Origin: an uncultured Chloroflexia bacterium
Lineage (GTDB): Bacteria; Chloroflexota; Limnocylindria; Limnocylindrales; CSP1-4
Length of the DNA: 64,000 nt
Direction of reading: 5' to 3'
Assembly: GCA_963763775.1 (NCBI GenBank)
Contig: CAVXPZ010000001.1
Span: forward strand, 608,001 to 672,000
Shown here: piece after piece, positions 1-8,986 of the stretch
Layout: each line of letters begins with the position of its first letter
Position numbering within the stretch: position 1 is the stretch's first letter
The notes under the pieces: generated by a model
Databases searched by the model: none
Seen by the model: only the letters and a program-made list of their open reading frames with translations
Told to the model about the DNA's origin: nothing
Translations under genes and position numbers: made by a program

Positions 1-641
1 CGCGATCGCCTACGTGGCCGGGTTCGGGGCCGTCTTCACGCTCCTCGGCATCACGGCCACGTTCGCGGCCGGGCCGCTCTACGACTACCTCGGGGCGCTT
101 CGCGTCGTCGGGTGGCGTCGTGCTCGTCGTCATGGGCCTGAGCCTCGCGGGCATCCTGCGCATCTCCGTGCTGGAACGGACCTGGCGCCCGCTCGATGCC
201 GGGGCGTCGGCCTCGCTCGCCACGGCCACCGGCTCGATGTCGCTCGCCGGCGACCCGTCCGGGCTCGGGGACCGGCTCGGCTCGCGTCTCGTCAGCCACA
301 AGGGCGGCTGGCTCGCCTCGTTCGGCCTCGGGGCGATCTTCGCGGTCGGCTGGACGCCGTGCATCGGGATCATCCTCGGCGGGATCCTGACGCTGGCCAT
401 GACGTCGGGCACGGCGCTGCAGGGCACGATCCTGCTCGTCGCCTACACGATCGGCCTCGGGATCCCGTTCCTGCTCATCGCCGCCGTGTACGACCGGGCC
501 CCATCGGTGGTCCGACCGCTCGTCCGCCACGGGCGGACCGTGTCGCTCATCGGCGGGCTCCTGGTCGCGCTCATCGGCCTCGCGATGATCTTCGACTGGC
601 TCTCGCTGCTCCCGCGGTTCTTCGACTTCTCGGGCATCTGA
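1..641 (+). CDS. ccdA: Cytochrome c biogenesis protein CcdA (5'-partial, indel near 110)
   Basis: GWTPCIGIILGGIL motif, multiple TM helices, GLGIPF motif; adjacent to a thioredoxin-like gene. Confidence 0.85.
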   Translation, partial: RSPTWPGSGPSSRSSASRPRSRPGRSTTTSGRFASSGGVVLVVMGLSLAGILRISVLERTWRPLDAGASASLATATGSMSLAGDPSGLGDRLGSRLVSHKGGWLASFGLGAIFAVGWTPCIGIILGGILTLAMTSGTALQGTILLVAYTIGLGIPFLLIAAVYDRAPSVVRPLVRHGRTVSLIGGLLVALIGLAMIFDWLSLLPRFFDFSGI

Positions 642-1385
642 TGACCGAGGAACCCGCAGGAACGTCCCGAGTTCACGCACCGGCGTGAGCGACACGGTGT
701 CGTCGGCCCGTTCAGCGGCCGGCAGCTCGTCGCGGTCTTCGTGGTCGTCGTGCTGTCCCTGATCATCCTCATCGGCATCACGACGCCCCTCGGGACGGTC
801 GGCCAGGTCCCGTTGACGGCGCCGCAGGCGACCGCGTTCGTCATCAAGCCCGCGCCGGCGATCGGCCTGCACCCAGGCGACCTCGCGCCAGAGTTCACCA
901 CGACCAACGACGACGGCTCCACGTATCAGCTGGCCGATCTCGACGGGAACCCCATCCGCCTCGCGGATCTTCGGGGCAAGGGCGTCTGGGTCAATTTCTG
1001 GACGACGTGGTGCCCGCCGTGCCAGTCCGAGGTGCCGGTCCTGCGCGAGCTGTCCGAGCGCTACAAGGATCAGGGTCTCGAGGTCGTCGGGATCAGCGTC
1101 CAGGAGACGCAGCCGTCCGACGTGCAGGCCTATGCCGACCGGTACGGGCTCGACTACACCATGGGCTTCGACGGCTCCGGCCACATCTTCGACCTGTACA
1201 AGGCCAACGCCCTGCCGACCCAGGTCTTCATCGGGCCGGACGGCGTCATCCGCGACGTGGTCATCAACCCGTTGACCGAGGCACAGGCGATCCCGCGCAT
1301 CGAGGCGATCCTGCCGGCGCCCGGAGCGAGCCACGGTCCGGCGACGAGCGGGTCCACCGCTCCGAGCGCCAGTCCCGCACCGTGA
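641..1385 (+). CDS. TlpA/ResA-family membrane-anchored thiol-disulfide oxidoreductase (probable indel near 650)
   Basis: VNFWTTWCPPC (CxxC) redoxin motif, N-terminal TM helix; ATG at 641 is out of frame with ORF 741..1385. Confidence 0.85.
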
Positions 1386-1400
1386 GACACCCCGCGGCGA

Positions 1401-1426
1401 TGTCGCGGACGCCCGGCTCGAGCGTC
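1401..1426 (+). promoter_or_regulatory. Candidate ECF42-type promoter TGTCGC-N16-CGTC
   Basis: Resembles the TGTCGA/CGTC ECF42 consensus and lies upstream of a DGPF protein gene. Confidence 0.45.
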
Positions 1427-1479
1427 GATGGGGTGAGACCGGCCACCTGGGCCGGCGACCCGAAGGAGGATCCGGAGCG

Positions 1480-1848
1480 ATGCGCTACATCCTGATGACC
1501 TACCAGGCGCCAGACCACGTCGAGGCTTGGGAGCGCGCGACACCGGCTGAACGCCAGGCCGAGATCGATCGCGTGCTGGCGTGGTTTCGCGAGCATGGCG
1601 CGGCCGGACGCATCGTCGGCGGCGAGGAGCTCGGTTGGCCGAGGCGCGCGAAGACCGTGCGCGGCTCCGGGATCACCGACGGACCCTTTCTCGAAACGAA
1701 GGAGCTCCTCGGCGGGTTCATCGTGATCGACGTCCCGGACGAGGCGACGGCGCTGGAGGTCGCGGCCGGCTGGCCGAGCCTCGCGTGGCCTGGCGACGCG
1801 GTCGAGGTCCGGCCAGTCGGCGACTCGACGGCCGAGGTCGGCGGCTGA
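1480..1848 (+). CDS. YciI/DGPF-family protein
   Basis: TDGPFLETKELLGGF signature; GGAG RBS. Confidence 0.9.
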   Translation: MRYILMTYQAPDHVEAWERATPAERQAEIDRVLAWFREHGAAGRIVGGEELGWPRRAKTVRGSGITDGPFLETKELLGGFIVIDVPDEATALEVAAGWPSLAWPGDAVEVRPVGDSTAEVGG

Positions 1849-1882
1849 ACGGCCGGATGCCTAGGTCCGCCCCTGCGCCGCG

Positions 1883-3043
1883 CTAGTCGGCTGGGCTGGG
1901 CTGCCACTCGGGCTGGAGCCGGACCTGACCGGTCAGGAGGGGCTCGTCACGACCGCTCCGGGGATCCAGGACGTGGATCTCGGGCATGCCCGGTCGCACC
2001 ACCGCATACACGATGGACCCATCTGCCCGGAATCGCGGCTGCACCGGCCGATAGCTCGGACTCTTGGAGAAGGTCAGCTGCCGCGGCACGCCGCCGACGC
2101 TCGGGATCAGCCACAGATCGGACGGCGCGGCCTCGCCCGGGCCGACCACGGCGGAGGGGTGGGTCGCGAACACGATCGACCCGCCATCCGGCGACCAATC
2201 GGCTTCGCCGGCGACGAGCGACCAGTCGGTCAGCAGACGCGGCTCGCCGCCATCGATGGCGACCGTCGAGACCGCCGCCCCGGTGACCTTGCCATCGCGA
2301 TCGACGTGGTTCTCCCAGAACACGAGCTCCCGACCGTCGGGCGACCACCGAGGGCCGAAGATCTGGTTCGCACCGGTCGTGCCATCGGCCACGCGCTCGA
2401 CGAGCGTCCGGGCCGGCCCCAGCGAGCCATCCGGTCCGAATGGCGCCACGACCAACTGCATCGAGCCGGCATACCCGGCGGCCTCCCAGGCAGGGAAGGT
2501 CGAGACGGTGTAGGCGAGCATGGTGCCGTCCGGTGACACCGCAGGATCGTCCTGCCCGAGGCACGGGATCCGGCATGCCTTGATCAACTGCGAAGGCCCG
2601 TCAAGATCGGAGACGTAGAGGTCGCGCTGATCGGTCGCGACGACCAGGCGACCGTCGGGTGTCCACGTCGCGTGTCGCATCGTCGCCGCGACGTCCGTGA
2701 ACAAGGGGCGCTCGTCGGAGCCGTCCGCTCGTGACGCCCGGACGGTCTCGCCGTCGGCGCAGCTCGGGTCCGCCCCGCAGCCGACGACAAGGATCCAGCC
2801 AGCGTCGTCCGATCGACGACCGGCCACGACGAACGCGGCCACGAGCGCGAGGAGCAGCAGGCCCGCCACGAGCGCCAACCGCACCCAGCGACGGTCGAAC
2901 CCGAGTCGACCGCGACGACGCGAGGCGATGGCCCGCGCCGCGACGGTCGCAGAGGGCGTCGGATCCACGACGCCGGCGGCGTATCGCTCGAGCTCCGCTG
3001 CCACTCGACGTTCGAAGGTCGAGAAGGTCCGATCAGTCATCAC
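1883..3043 (-). CDS. Putative anti-sigma factor: TM helix plus TolB-like (PD40) beta-propeller
   Basis: Repeated WTPDG/SPDG/WSPDG motifs after one TM helix; overlaps the 3' end of an ECF sigma gene. Confidence 0.7.
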   Translation of the reverse strand: MMTDRTFSTFERRVAAELERYAAGVVDPTPSATVAARAIASRRRGRLGFDRRWVRLALVAGLLLLALVAAFVVAGRRSDDAGWILVVGCGADPSCADGETVRASRADGSDERPLFTDVAATMRHATWTPDGRLVVATDQRDLYVSDLDGPSQLIKACRIPCLGQDDPAVSPDGTMLAYTVSTFPAWEAAGYAGSMQLVVAPFGPDGSLGPARTLVERVADGTTGANQIFGPRWSPDGRELVFWENHVDRDGKVTGAAVSTVAIDGGEPRLLTDWSLVAGEADWSPDGGSIVFATHPSAVVGPGEAAPSDLWLIPSVGGVPRQLTFSKSPSYRPVQPRFRADGSIVYAVVRPGMPEIHVLDPRSGRDEPLLTGQVRLQPEWQPSPAD

Positions 3044-3587
3044 CGAGATCCTCGCGAAGACGGGTCATGAGCCGCGACAGCCGGGTCCGGACCCCGCCAG
3101 CCGATCGCCCGGTGGCCTCGGCGATCTCGTCCGAGCCCAACCCGGCCAGGTAACGCATCGCGATGAGCGCACGGTCCTCGGGTGCCAATCGCTCGAGCGC
3201 GTCGAGCAGATCGGTCCGGTCCGCGCTCGGCGGCGTGGCGATCGGGACCCCGCCGAAGCTCTCTGGATCGATCGCCGGGACCTCGCGCACGCGGCGACGC
3301 CTTCGGGATCGCACCGCCTGACGGGCCTCGTTGCTCACGATCGAGACCAACCAGGGACGGAGCTTGTCCGGGTCCCGAAGGGCGCCGATCCGCTGCCACA
3401 CTTTGATCCACGACGTCTGGGCGGCCTCGCGAGCCAGGTCGGCATCGCCGCAGATGGCGAAGGCGACCCGGACCAGTTCCGCGTGATGGGCGTCGACGAT
3501 CAACGTGAACGCGTCGGCATCGCCCCGGCGAGCCCGGGCCACGAGGTCGGCGGCGATCGGAACGCGGACGCCCAAGCCCAACTCCAT
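3033..3587 (-). CDS. ECF RNA polymerase sigma factor
   Basis: Region 2 (DADLAREAAQTSWIKVW...LRPWLVSI) and region 4 (EIAEATGRSAGGVRTRLSR); ATG at 3587. Confidence 0.9.
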   Translation of the reverse strand: MELGLGVRVPIAADLVARARRGDADAFTLIVDAHHAELVRVAFAICGDADLAREAAQTSWIKVWQRIGALRDPDKLRPWLVSIVSNEARQAVRSRRRRRVREVPAIDPESFGGVPIATPPSADRTDLLDALERLAPEDRALIAMRYLAGLGSDEIAEATGRSAGGVRTRLSRLMTRLREDLGDD

Positions 3588-3594
3588 GCAACGT

Positions 3595-3672
3595 AGATGC
3601 CGGTCGCGGCCGTCGCGCACCATCGTGCCGCACGCGCGTCGTCGCGATGCGCTGGGCCGGCGAGCGGCATCT
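3595..3672. promoter_or_regulatory. Two divergent copies of TGCGC-N12-CGGCATCT (putative ECF promoters)
   Basis: Minus-strand copy at 3595-3619 and plus-strand copy at 3648-3672 with identical spacing. Confidence 0.6.
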
Positions 3673-3715
3673 CCTTCACGACCGTCCGGATGCGACGGAC
3701 CCGGAGGATCCATCG

Positions 3716-4657
3716 ATGGCCTCGCACACACCCGGCTTGCGCGCCCTGGCGACGTCAGTGGTCGCCGTCCTGGCGATCGCGGCCTGCTCCGCCGCGGCCG
3801 CCTCCCCGCCGACATCGGACACATCGGCCCCATCTCGACCGTCCGCGGCGGCGTCCCCGGCGTCATCGGCCCAGGTGTCGACCCTGGGTCCTGTCGCGAC
3901 CCGTTCGCCCGACCCGGGCGCCATCGTCGGCATCTTCGACATCGGTGGCCGCTCGCTCCACCTCGCCTGTGTCGGACGTGGCAGCCCCACGATCATCCTC
4001 GAGCCTGGTGACGGCGACCCGACGAGCCTGATGAGTCCGCTCCGGGACGCCCTGTCCTCGGCCTACCGTGTCTGTCTGTATGACCGTGCCGGGAAGACGG
4101 GCAGCGATCCGGCAGCGACACCTCGACCCGCCAGACAGCTCGCCGACGACCTCGGGCGTCTGCTCGACGTCGCGAAGGTGCCAGGCCCGTTCCTGCCCGT
4201 CGGGACATCGCTCGGCGGCACCGCGGCGTACCTGTTCGCGGCCACGCATCCCGACGACGTGGTCGGGTTCGTGTCGATCAACCCACCGCCGAACCCCGAA
4301 GACTGGCTGCCTGCCGTCAAGCCGCTGATCACGGATCGCGAATACGCCGACGAGGTGTCCGCCGGCGACGGCACCGGCGACGCCGAGGGCATCGACGAGC
4401 GAGGCTGGCTCGACGTCGCGACCCCGCCCGACGACATGCCCTACCTGATCCTCGACTCCGGTCCCACCCAGTGCGAGGGCGACCAGCTCTGCCTCAAGGT
4501 CTACGACGTCATCGTCGACCAGACCAAGGACATCGCCAGCCGTGGTGCGGCCGGTCGATGGATGCAGGTCGCCGGCTCACACCAACTGCAGCTGTCGAAC
4601 CCTGACGACGTCCTGCCGCTCATCCGCCAGCTCGCGGACGGTCAGATGGGCTCGTAG
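3716..4657 (+). CDS. Secreted/lipoprotein alpha/beta hydrolase
   Basis: Lipobox-like IAAC, YDRAG, GTSLGG nucleophile elbow, C-terminal His (GSHQL); GGAGGA RBS. Confidence 0.85.
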   Translation: MASHTPGLRALATSVVAVLAIAACSAAAASPPTSDTSAPSRPSAAASPASSAQVSTLGPVATRSPDPGAIVGIFDIGGRSLHLACVGRGSPTIILEPGDGDPTSLMSPLRDALSSAYRVCLYDRAGKTGSDPAATPRPARQLADDLGRLLDVAKVPGPFLPVGTSLGGTAAYLFAATHPDDVVGFVSINPPPNPEDWLPAVKPLITDREYADEVSAGDGTGDAEGIDERGWLDVATPPDDMPYLILDSGPTQCEGDQLCLKVYDVIVDQTKDIASRGAAGRWMQVAGSHQLQLSNPDDVLPLIRQLADGQMGS

Positions 4658-5508
4658 CGGAAGCGGTCGCGGTCGCGTACCAGGTGGCCGACGGGATGCG
4701 TGGCCTCGTGCGAGAGCACGATCAGCCAGCCCTCGTCGGCGGCCTGGGCGAACAACTCGCCCTTGCGCCGGACCGAGTCCAGCGGGAAATCGTCGAACGC
4801 GGTCACCCAGCGCGGGTTCGCCCCCCACGGGCGCATGAACAGGTCGCCGAAGAACGCGAGCGTCTGCGCGCCTGGACCGGTCCCGCGCACGATGACCGCC
4901 TGGTGCCCGGTGGAGTGGCCGCCCGTCGGCACGACGGACACGCCTGGCAGCAGCTCCTTCTCGCCGTCCGCCCAGCCCTGGGCGCCCCAGTCCGCGACGA
5001 GCTGCAACTCCGGCTGCACGTACGAGGCGACGAGCCGGGGGTTGTCACCGAGGGCGACCTCCCACTCGGCCTTCTGCGCGACGATCGTCGCGTGGGGGAA
5101 CGCCCGCTCGCCGTCGGCTCGCAGCAGGCCGCCGGCGTGGTCGAAGTGGAGGTGGCTCATCGCCACGACGTTGACCGACTCGGGCAGGAACCCGGCTTGC
5201 TCGAGCGCGGCGACCACCCACGGGCCTTCGTAGGTCCGCATCGCGCGAGTCTTCTCGTCGACCCGTTCGCCGATGCCCGTCTCGACGAGCACGCGCCCCG
5301 ACGGTGTCTCGATCAGCAGGCAGTTCAGCGCCTGGAGGAGCCGGCGCTTCTCGTCGACCTCGTCTGCCACGAGGCCGCCCCACAGGACCCACGGCACGGG
5401 GCCGAAGAGCGTCCCGGCGTCCGAGCGGAAGGTGCCGGCCTGGATGAGCGCGACGCGCGTGCCGCGGCCGAGCTCGTCGGACCAGTCGACCGCGTCGTTG
5501 ATGGCCAC
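4642..5508 (-). CDS. MBL-fold metallo-hydrolase (YtnP-like)
   Basis: SHLHFDHAGG, GGHSTGH, GDL and terminal His motifs. Confidence 0.88.
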   Translation of the reverse strand: MAINDAVDWSDELGRGTRVALIQAGTFRSDAGTLFGPVPWVLWGGLVADEVDEKRRLLQALNCLLIETPSGRVLVETGIGERVDEKTRAMRTYEGPWVVAALEQAGFLPESVNVVAMSHLHFDHAGGLLRADGERAFPHATIVAQKAEWEVALGDNPRLVASYVQPELQLVADWGAQGWADGEKELLPGVSVVPTGGHSTGHQAVIVRGTGPGAQTLAFFGDLFMRPWGANPRWVTAFDDFPLDSVRRKGELFAQAADEGWLIVLSHEATHPVGHLVRDRDRFRYEPI

Positions 5509-5513
5509 CCGGC

Positions 5514-6086
5514 TCAGCGCTTCGTGTAGTCCTGGTGGAAGGCGGACGCGGTCGGCTCGCTCTGGCCCTGGTACCGCGACCGGAGGTCGGGCGACCCGTA
5601 CGGGCGCTCGACCGGCGAGGACATCTTGAAGAACGAGATCTGGCCGATGCGCATCGCGTGGTAGAGGGCGATCGGGAGGTTCGCCACGTTCGACAGCTCG
5701 AGCGTCAGATTGCCCTTCCAGCCCGGGTCCACGTAGCCCGCGGTGGAGTGGATCAGCAGGCCGAGACGGCCGAGCGACGACTTCCCTTCGAGCCTCGCGA
5801 CCAGGTCGTCGGGGAGCTCGACCCACTCGAGGGTCTGTCCGAGCACGAACTCGCCCGGGTGCAGGATGAACGGCTCGTCGTCCTCGATCGTGAGGAGCTC
5901 GGTCAGGTCCGGCTGCGGAGCGCGGACGTCGATGTACGGGTAGCGGTTGTTGCGGAACACGCGGAAGCGCCGGTCCAGGTGGAGGTCGACCGACGACGGC
6001 TGCAGGTCCTCCGGGTCATACGGCCGGATGGTCACGCGCTCGGCTTCGAGCTCGGCCCGGATGTCGCGGTCCGAGAGCACGCTCAC
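5514..6086 (-). CDS. dcd: dCTP deaminase
   Basis: [38 protein letters not shown] motifs. Confidence 0.96.
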   Translation of the reverse strand: MSVLSDRDIRAELEAERVTIRPYDPEDLQPSSVDLHLDRRFRVFRNNRYPYIDVRAPQPDLTELLTIEDDEPFILHPGEFVLGQTLEWVELPDDLVARLEGKSSLGRLGLLIHSTAGYVDPGWKGNLTLELSNVANLPIALYHAMRIGQISFFKMSSPVERPYGSPDLRSRYQGQSEPTASAFHQDYTKR

Positions 6087-6559
6087 TTCGCGTAGCCCCC
6101 GTTGCCCTTCTCCGCGTAGAGCGTGTCCACCTCGCGCTTGAGCGCTTCGAGGTCCTCGAAGCTCTGATAGACGCTGGCGAACCGGATGTAGGCGATCTGG
6201 TCGATGGCCCGGAGCTGCTCCATCGCGAGCGCTCCGACCCTGGACGACGGCACCTCGCTCGCCCCCGAGGAGCGCAGGTCCGCCTCGATGGCGTCAGCGG
6301 CGGCCTCGGCGGCGCCCGCCGGGACCGGCCGGCGCGTCAACGCCTTGCGCAGCCCTGACGCGAGCTTGTCGCGATCGAATTCCTGGCGCGTGCCGTCGCG
6401 CTTCACGACGACCAGCCGCGCGGCCTCGACCCGCTCGTACGTGGTGAACCGCATCGAACACGCCGCGCACTCGCGCCGGCGACGGATCGTCGCGGAGTCG
6501 TCGAGATCGCGGGAGTCGACCACACGGGTCTCGCGCTCACCGCATTGGGGGCAACGCAT
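6083..6559 (-). CDS. nrdR: Transcriptional repressor NrdR
   Basis: MRCPQC...VVDSR...RRRREC..C RFTTYE zinc ribbon, ATP cone, AYIRFASVY. Confidence 0.97.
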   Translation of the reverse strand: MRCPQCGERETRVVDSRDLDDSATIRRRRECAACSMRFTTYERVEAARLVVVKRDGTRQEFDRDKLASGLRKALTRRPVPAGAAEAAADAIEADLRSSGASEVPSSRVGALAMEQLRAIDQIAYIRFASVYQSFEDLEALKREVDTLYAEKGNGGYAK

Positions 6560-6583
6560 CGGGCTCCTGTCGGTCCGCTGGTA

Positions 6584-6630
6584 CCACTAGCTGTTGTGGT
6601 GTGGACCGAGGATACCACTACATGGTGTGG
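6584..6630. promoter_or_regulatory. Tandem NrdR boxes
   Basis: Minus strand CCACAACAGCTAGTGG (6584-6599) and CCACACCATGTAGTGG (6615-6630), 31 bp apart, flanking a TATCCT -10 (6609-6614). Confidence 0.8.
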
Positions 6631-7161
6631 TCAGGTGTGGTCCGGGCGGGCGCTGAGACCATCCGCGAGCTTGGCCTGGCGGGCGATCGCGTCGCGGGCG
6701 TGGATGAGGTTGAGGTACCCGCGCTTGATGGATGTCTGGGCCTCGAGCTCGCGGGCGCCGCCCCGGACCGAGGTCATGATCGTCGTGCCGTGTTCGACGG
6801 TGGCCAGGGCCCGCCCGGCCCGTTCGAGGCCGGCGACGAGGTCGTCGCGGATCTCCTCGGCGGCCGACGGCCCCTTCAGCGCCCTTGCCTCGGCGAGGTA
6901 CCGGTCGACGGCGTCAGAGGTGGCGACGAGCGTATCGCCGATCGCGTCCGGCCCGAGCTCGTGATGGCGGACCTGGTCGATGCGGGCGGCGGCGCCGGCG
7001 AGCGACTCGTCGACTCGGACGCACAGGTCGCGCACCGCGGAGCGGAACCCCTCGGTCTCGCGCGTCTTGGCGACGATCCGCCCGGTCCCGCGGAAGACCA
7101 CGATGAGACCGGCCGCCAGCGCGACGAACGCCAGGATCGGCAGCAGGACGATCCAGTCCAT
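6631..7161 (-). CDS. Hypothetical membrane-anchored helical protein
   Basis: N-terminal TM helix, coherent helical ORF downstream of etfA. Confidence 0.7.
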   Translation of the reverse strand: MDWIVLLPILAFVALAAGLIVVFRGTGRIVAKTRETEGFRSAVRDLCVRVDESLAGAAARIDQVRHHELGPDAIGDTLVATSDAVDRYLAEARALKGPSAAEEIRDDLVAGLERAGRALATVEHGTTIMTSVRGGARELEAQTSIKRGYLNLIHARDAIARQAKLADGLSARPDHT

Positions 7162-7183
7162 CAGGGCCGCGATCCGTCCGGCT

Positions 7184-8170
7184 TCAGGCGGGACGCGCCC
7201 GGAGCGCCGTCAGGAGCGCCGGGCCGACCTCGAACAGATCACCGACGACGAACAGGTCGGCGAACTCGGCGATCGGCGCGTCCGCGTCGCGGTTGACCGC
7301 GATGATCGTGCCGGACGTCTGCATCCCGACCTTGTGCTGGATCGCGCCACTGATGCCGAGCGCGAGGTAGAGCTGCGGCTTGACGATCTTGCCGGTCTGG
7401 CCGATCTGCTGGGCGTACGGGATCCAGCCGGAGTCGACGGCGGCACGCGTCGCGCCGACCGCACCACCGAGCGCCTGGGCCAGGTCCTCGACCAGCTTGA
7501 AGCCGTCCGCGCCGCCCATCCCCCGGCCGCCGGACACGATGATCCGGGCGTCATCGATGGAGACCGCGGCGGCGCCTTCCTCGACCCGGTCGACGACGCG
7601 GACCGGCGCGAGGACCGGACTGTCGGCGGTCGGCGGCGCAGCGCGGCTGCCGGCCGACGCTCGTGGAGCGGCGGTCACCGCGTTCGGGCGGACCGTGATG
7701 ATGCCGCGACCGGACACGAACGCACTCTCGGTGATGAGCTTGCCACCGAACGCGCTCATCTCGACCACCGGGCCGTCTGCGGTCCAGCGGGCCGCCGTCG
7801 CATTGGCCAGGACGCCGAGACCGGTCAGCGCCGACAACGCGCCGGCGATGTCGCGACCATCGGGCGACGCGGGCAGGAGGATGGCGTCGTAGTCGGCGGC
7901 CAGCGTCGAGAGGGCGGCAGCCACCGGCGCGACGGTCTGCGCCGCGGTCGACCGGCCGTCCACCATGACCGAGTCGACGAAGGGGGCCAGCTCGCCGGCG
8001 GCGCGGTCGGCGTCGGCCGCCGACACGCCTTCGACCACCGGGATGAGGCCGTCGACCGCCGTCCCGGCCGCGTCGGCCAGGGCGCCCGCCAGGGTCGCGA
8101 CCTCGGTGGAGAGCTTGGTCAGCCGTCCGTCGGGTCCGAGCTCGCCGACGACGAGGATGCGGCCGCTCAC
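7184..8170 (-). CDS. etfA: Electron transfer flavoprotein alpha subunit
   Basis: GGRGMG, GATRAAVDSGW, QIGQTGK, GISGAIQH; GTG start overlapping the etfB stop. Confidence 0.93.
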   Translation of the reverse strand: MSGRILVVGELGPDGRLTKLSTEVATLAGALADAAGTAVDGLIPVVEGVSAADADRAAGELAPFVDSVMVDGRSTAAQTVAPVAAALSTLAADYDAILLPASPDGRDIAGALSALTGLGVLANATAARWTADGPVVEMSAFGGKLITESAFVSGRGIITVRPNAVTAAPRASAGSRAAPPTADSPVLAPVRVVDRVEEGAAAVSIDDARIIVSGGRGMGGADGFKLVEDLAQALGGAVGATRAAVDSGWIPYAQQIGQTGKIVKPQLYLALGISGAIQHKVGMQTSGTIIAVNRDADAPIAEFADLFVVGDLFEVGPALLTALRARPA

Positions 8171-8962
8171 GAGATGAGCCTCCGCTCCGCGAGGAAGTCG
8201 ACGATCTGCTGGGCCGCCACCTCGGGCGTGTCCCGGATCGACCCTCGTCGCGGCGCGAGCCTCTGGCGGCCGGGAGCCGACGACGCGCGTCGTCGCGGCC
8301 TGGCCGCCGACCGATGCCCCGTCGAGCCCGAGATCCGCGAGGGACACCGTGCGGATCTCCTTGCCGCGCGCCGCCATGATCCCCTTGAGCGACGGGTAGC
8401 GCGGCTCGCCGAGCGCCTGCGTCCCGCTGATGAGTGCCGGCATCGGCGCCTCGAGGACGTCGTAGCCGGTCGGGCTGATGCGGCGCACCCGCACGGTCCG
8501 CGCGGACATGTCGGGTTCGATCCTCGCCGCGTAGGACATGTACGGCAGTTCGCCCAGCGCGGCGATGCCCGCCGGCACGACGCCCGCCTGGCCGTCGGAT
8601 GAGTCGACGCCCGCGATCGCGATGTCGAACTCGAGGGTCCTGAGCGCCGCGGCGAGGACGCGCGTCGTCGAGACCGTGCACGAGCCTTCGAGGGCCGGGT
8701 CCGTCACGAGCACGCCGCGGGTCGCCCCCATCGCGAGGGCCTTGCGGATCGTCTCGGGAGCGCTCGCCGGCGCCATCGCGAGCACGGTCACCTCGCCCTC
8801 GCCGGCCGCCTCGACGAGTTTGAGGGCGGCCTCGAGCGCGTATTCGTCATTGCCGTTGATGACGGCAGGCACGGCAGCTCGATCGAGCCGGCCATCCGGA
8901 CCGAGCCGCTCACCCGCGGACGCGGGGTCCGGGACAGGCTTCATGAGCACGACGATGCGCAA
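8167..8962 (-). CDS. etfB: Electron transfer flavoprotein beta subunit (indel near 8240)
   Basis: KPVPD, NDEYALEAAL, ALAMGA, PRYPSLKGIMAA; a shifted frame gives the normal C-terminus IRDTPEVAAQQIVDFLAERRLIS*. Confidence 0.92.
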
Positions 8963-8986
8963 CGGGACGTGAACCTCCCCGACCGG

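Noticed and set aside
7184-8962. EtfB-EtfA fusion
   Set aside because: Removing one base near 8240 restores a normal EtfB end with TGA overlapping the etfA GTG.
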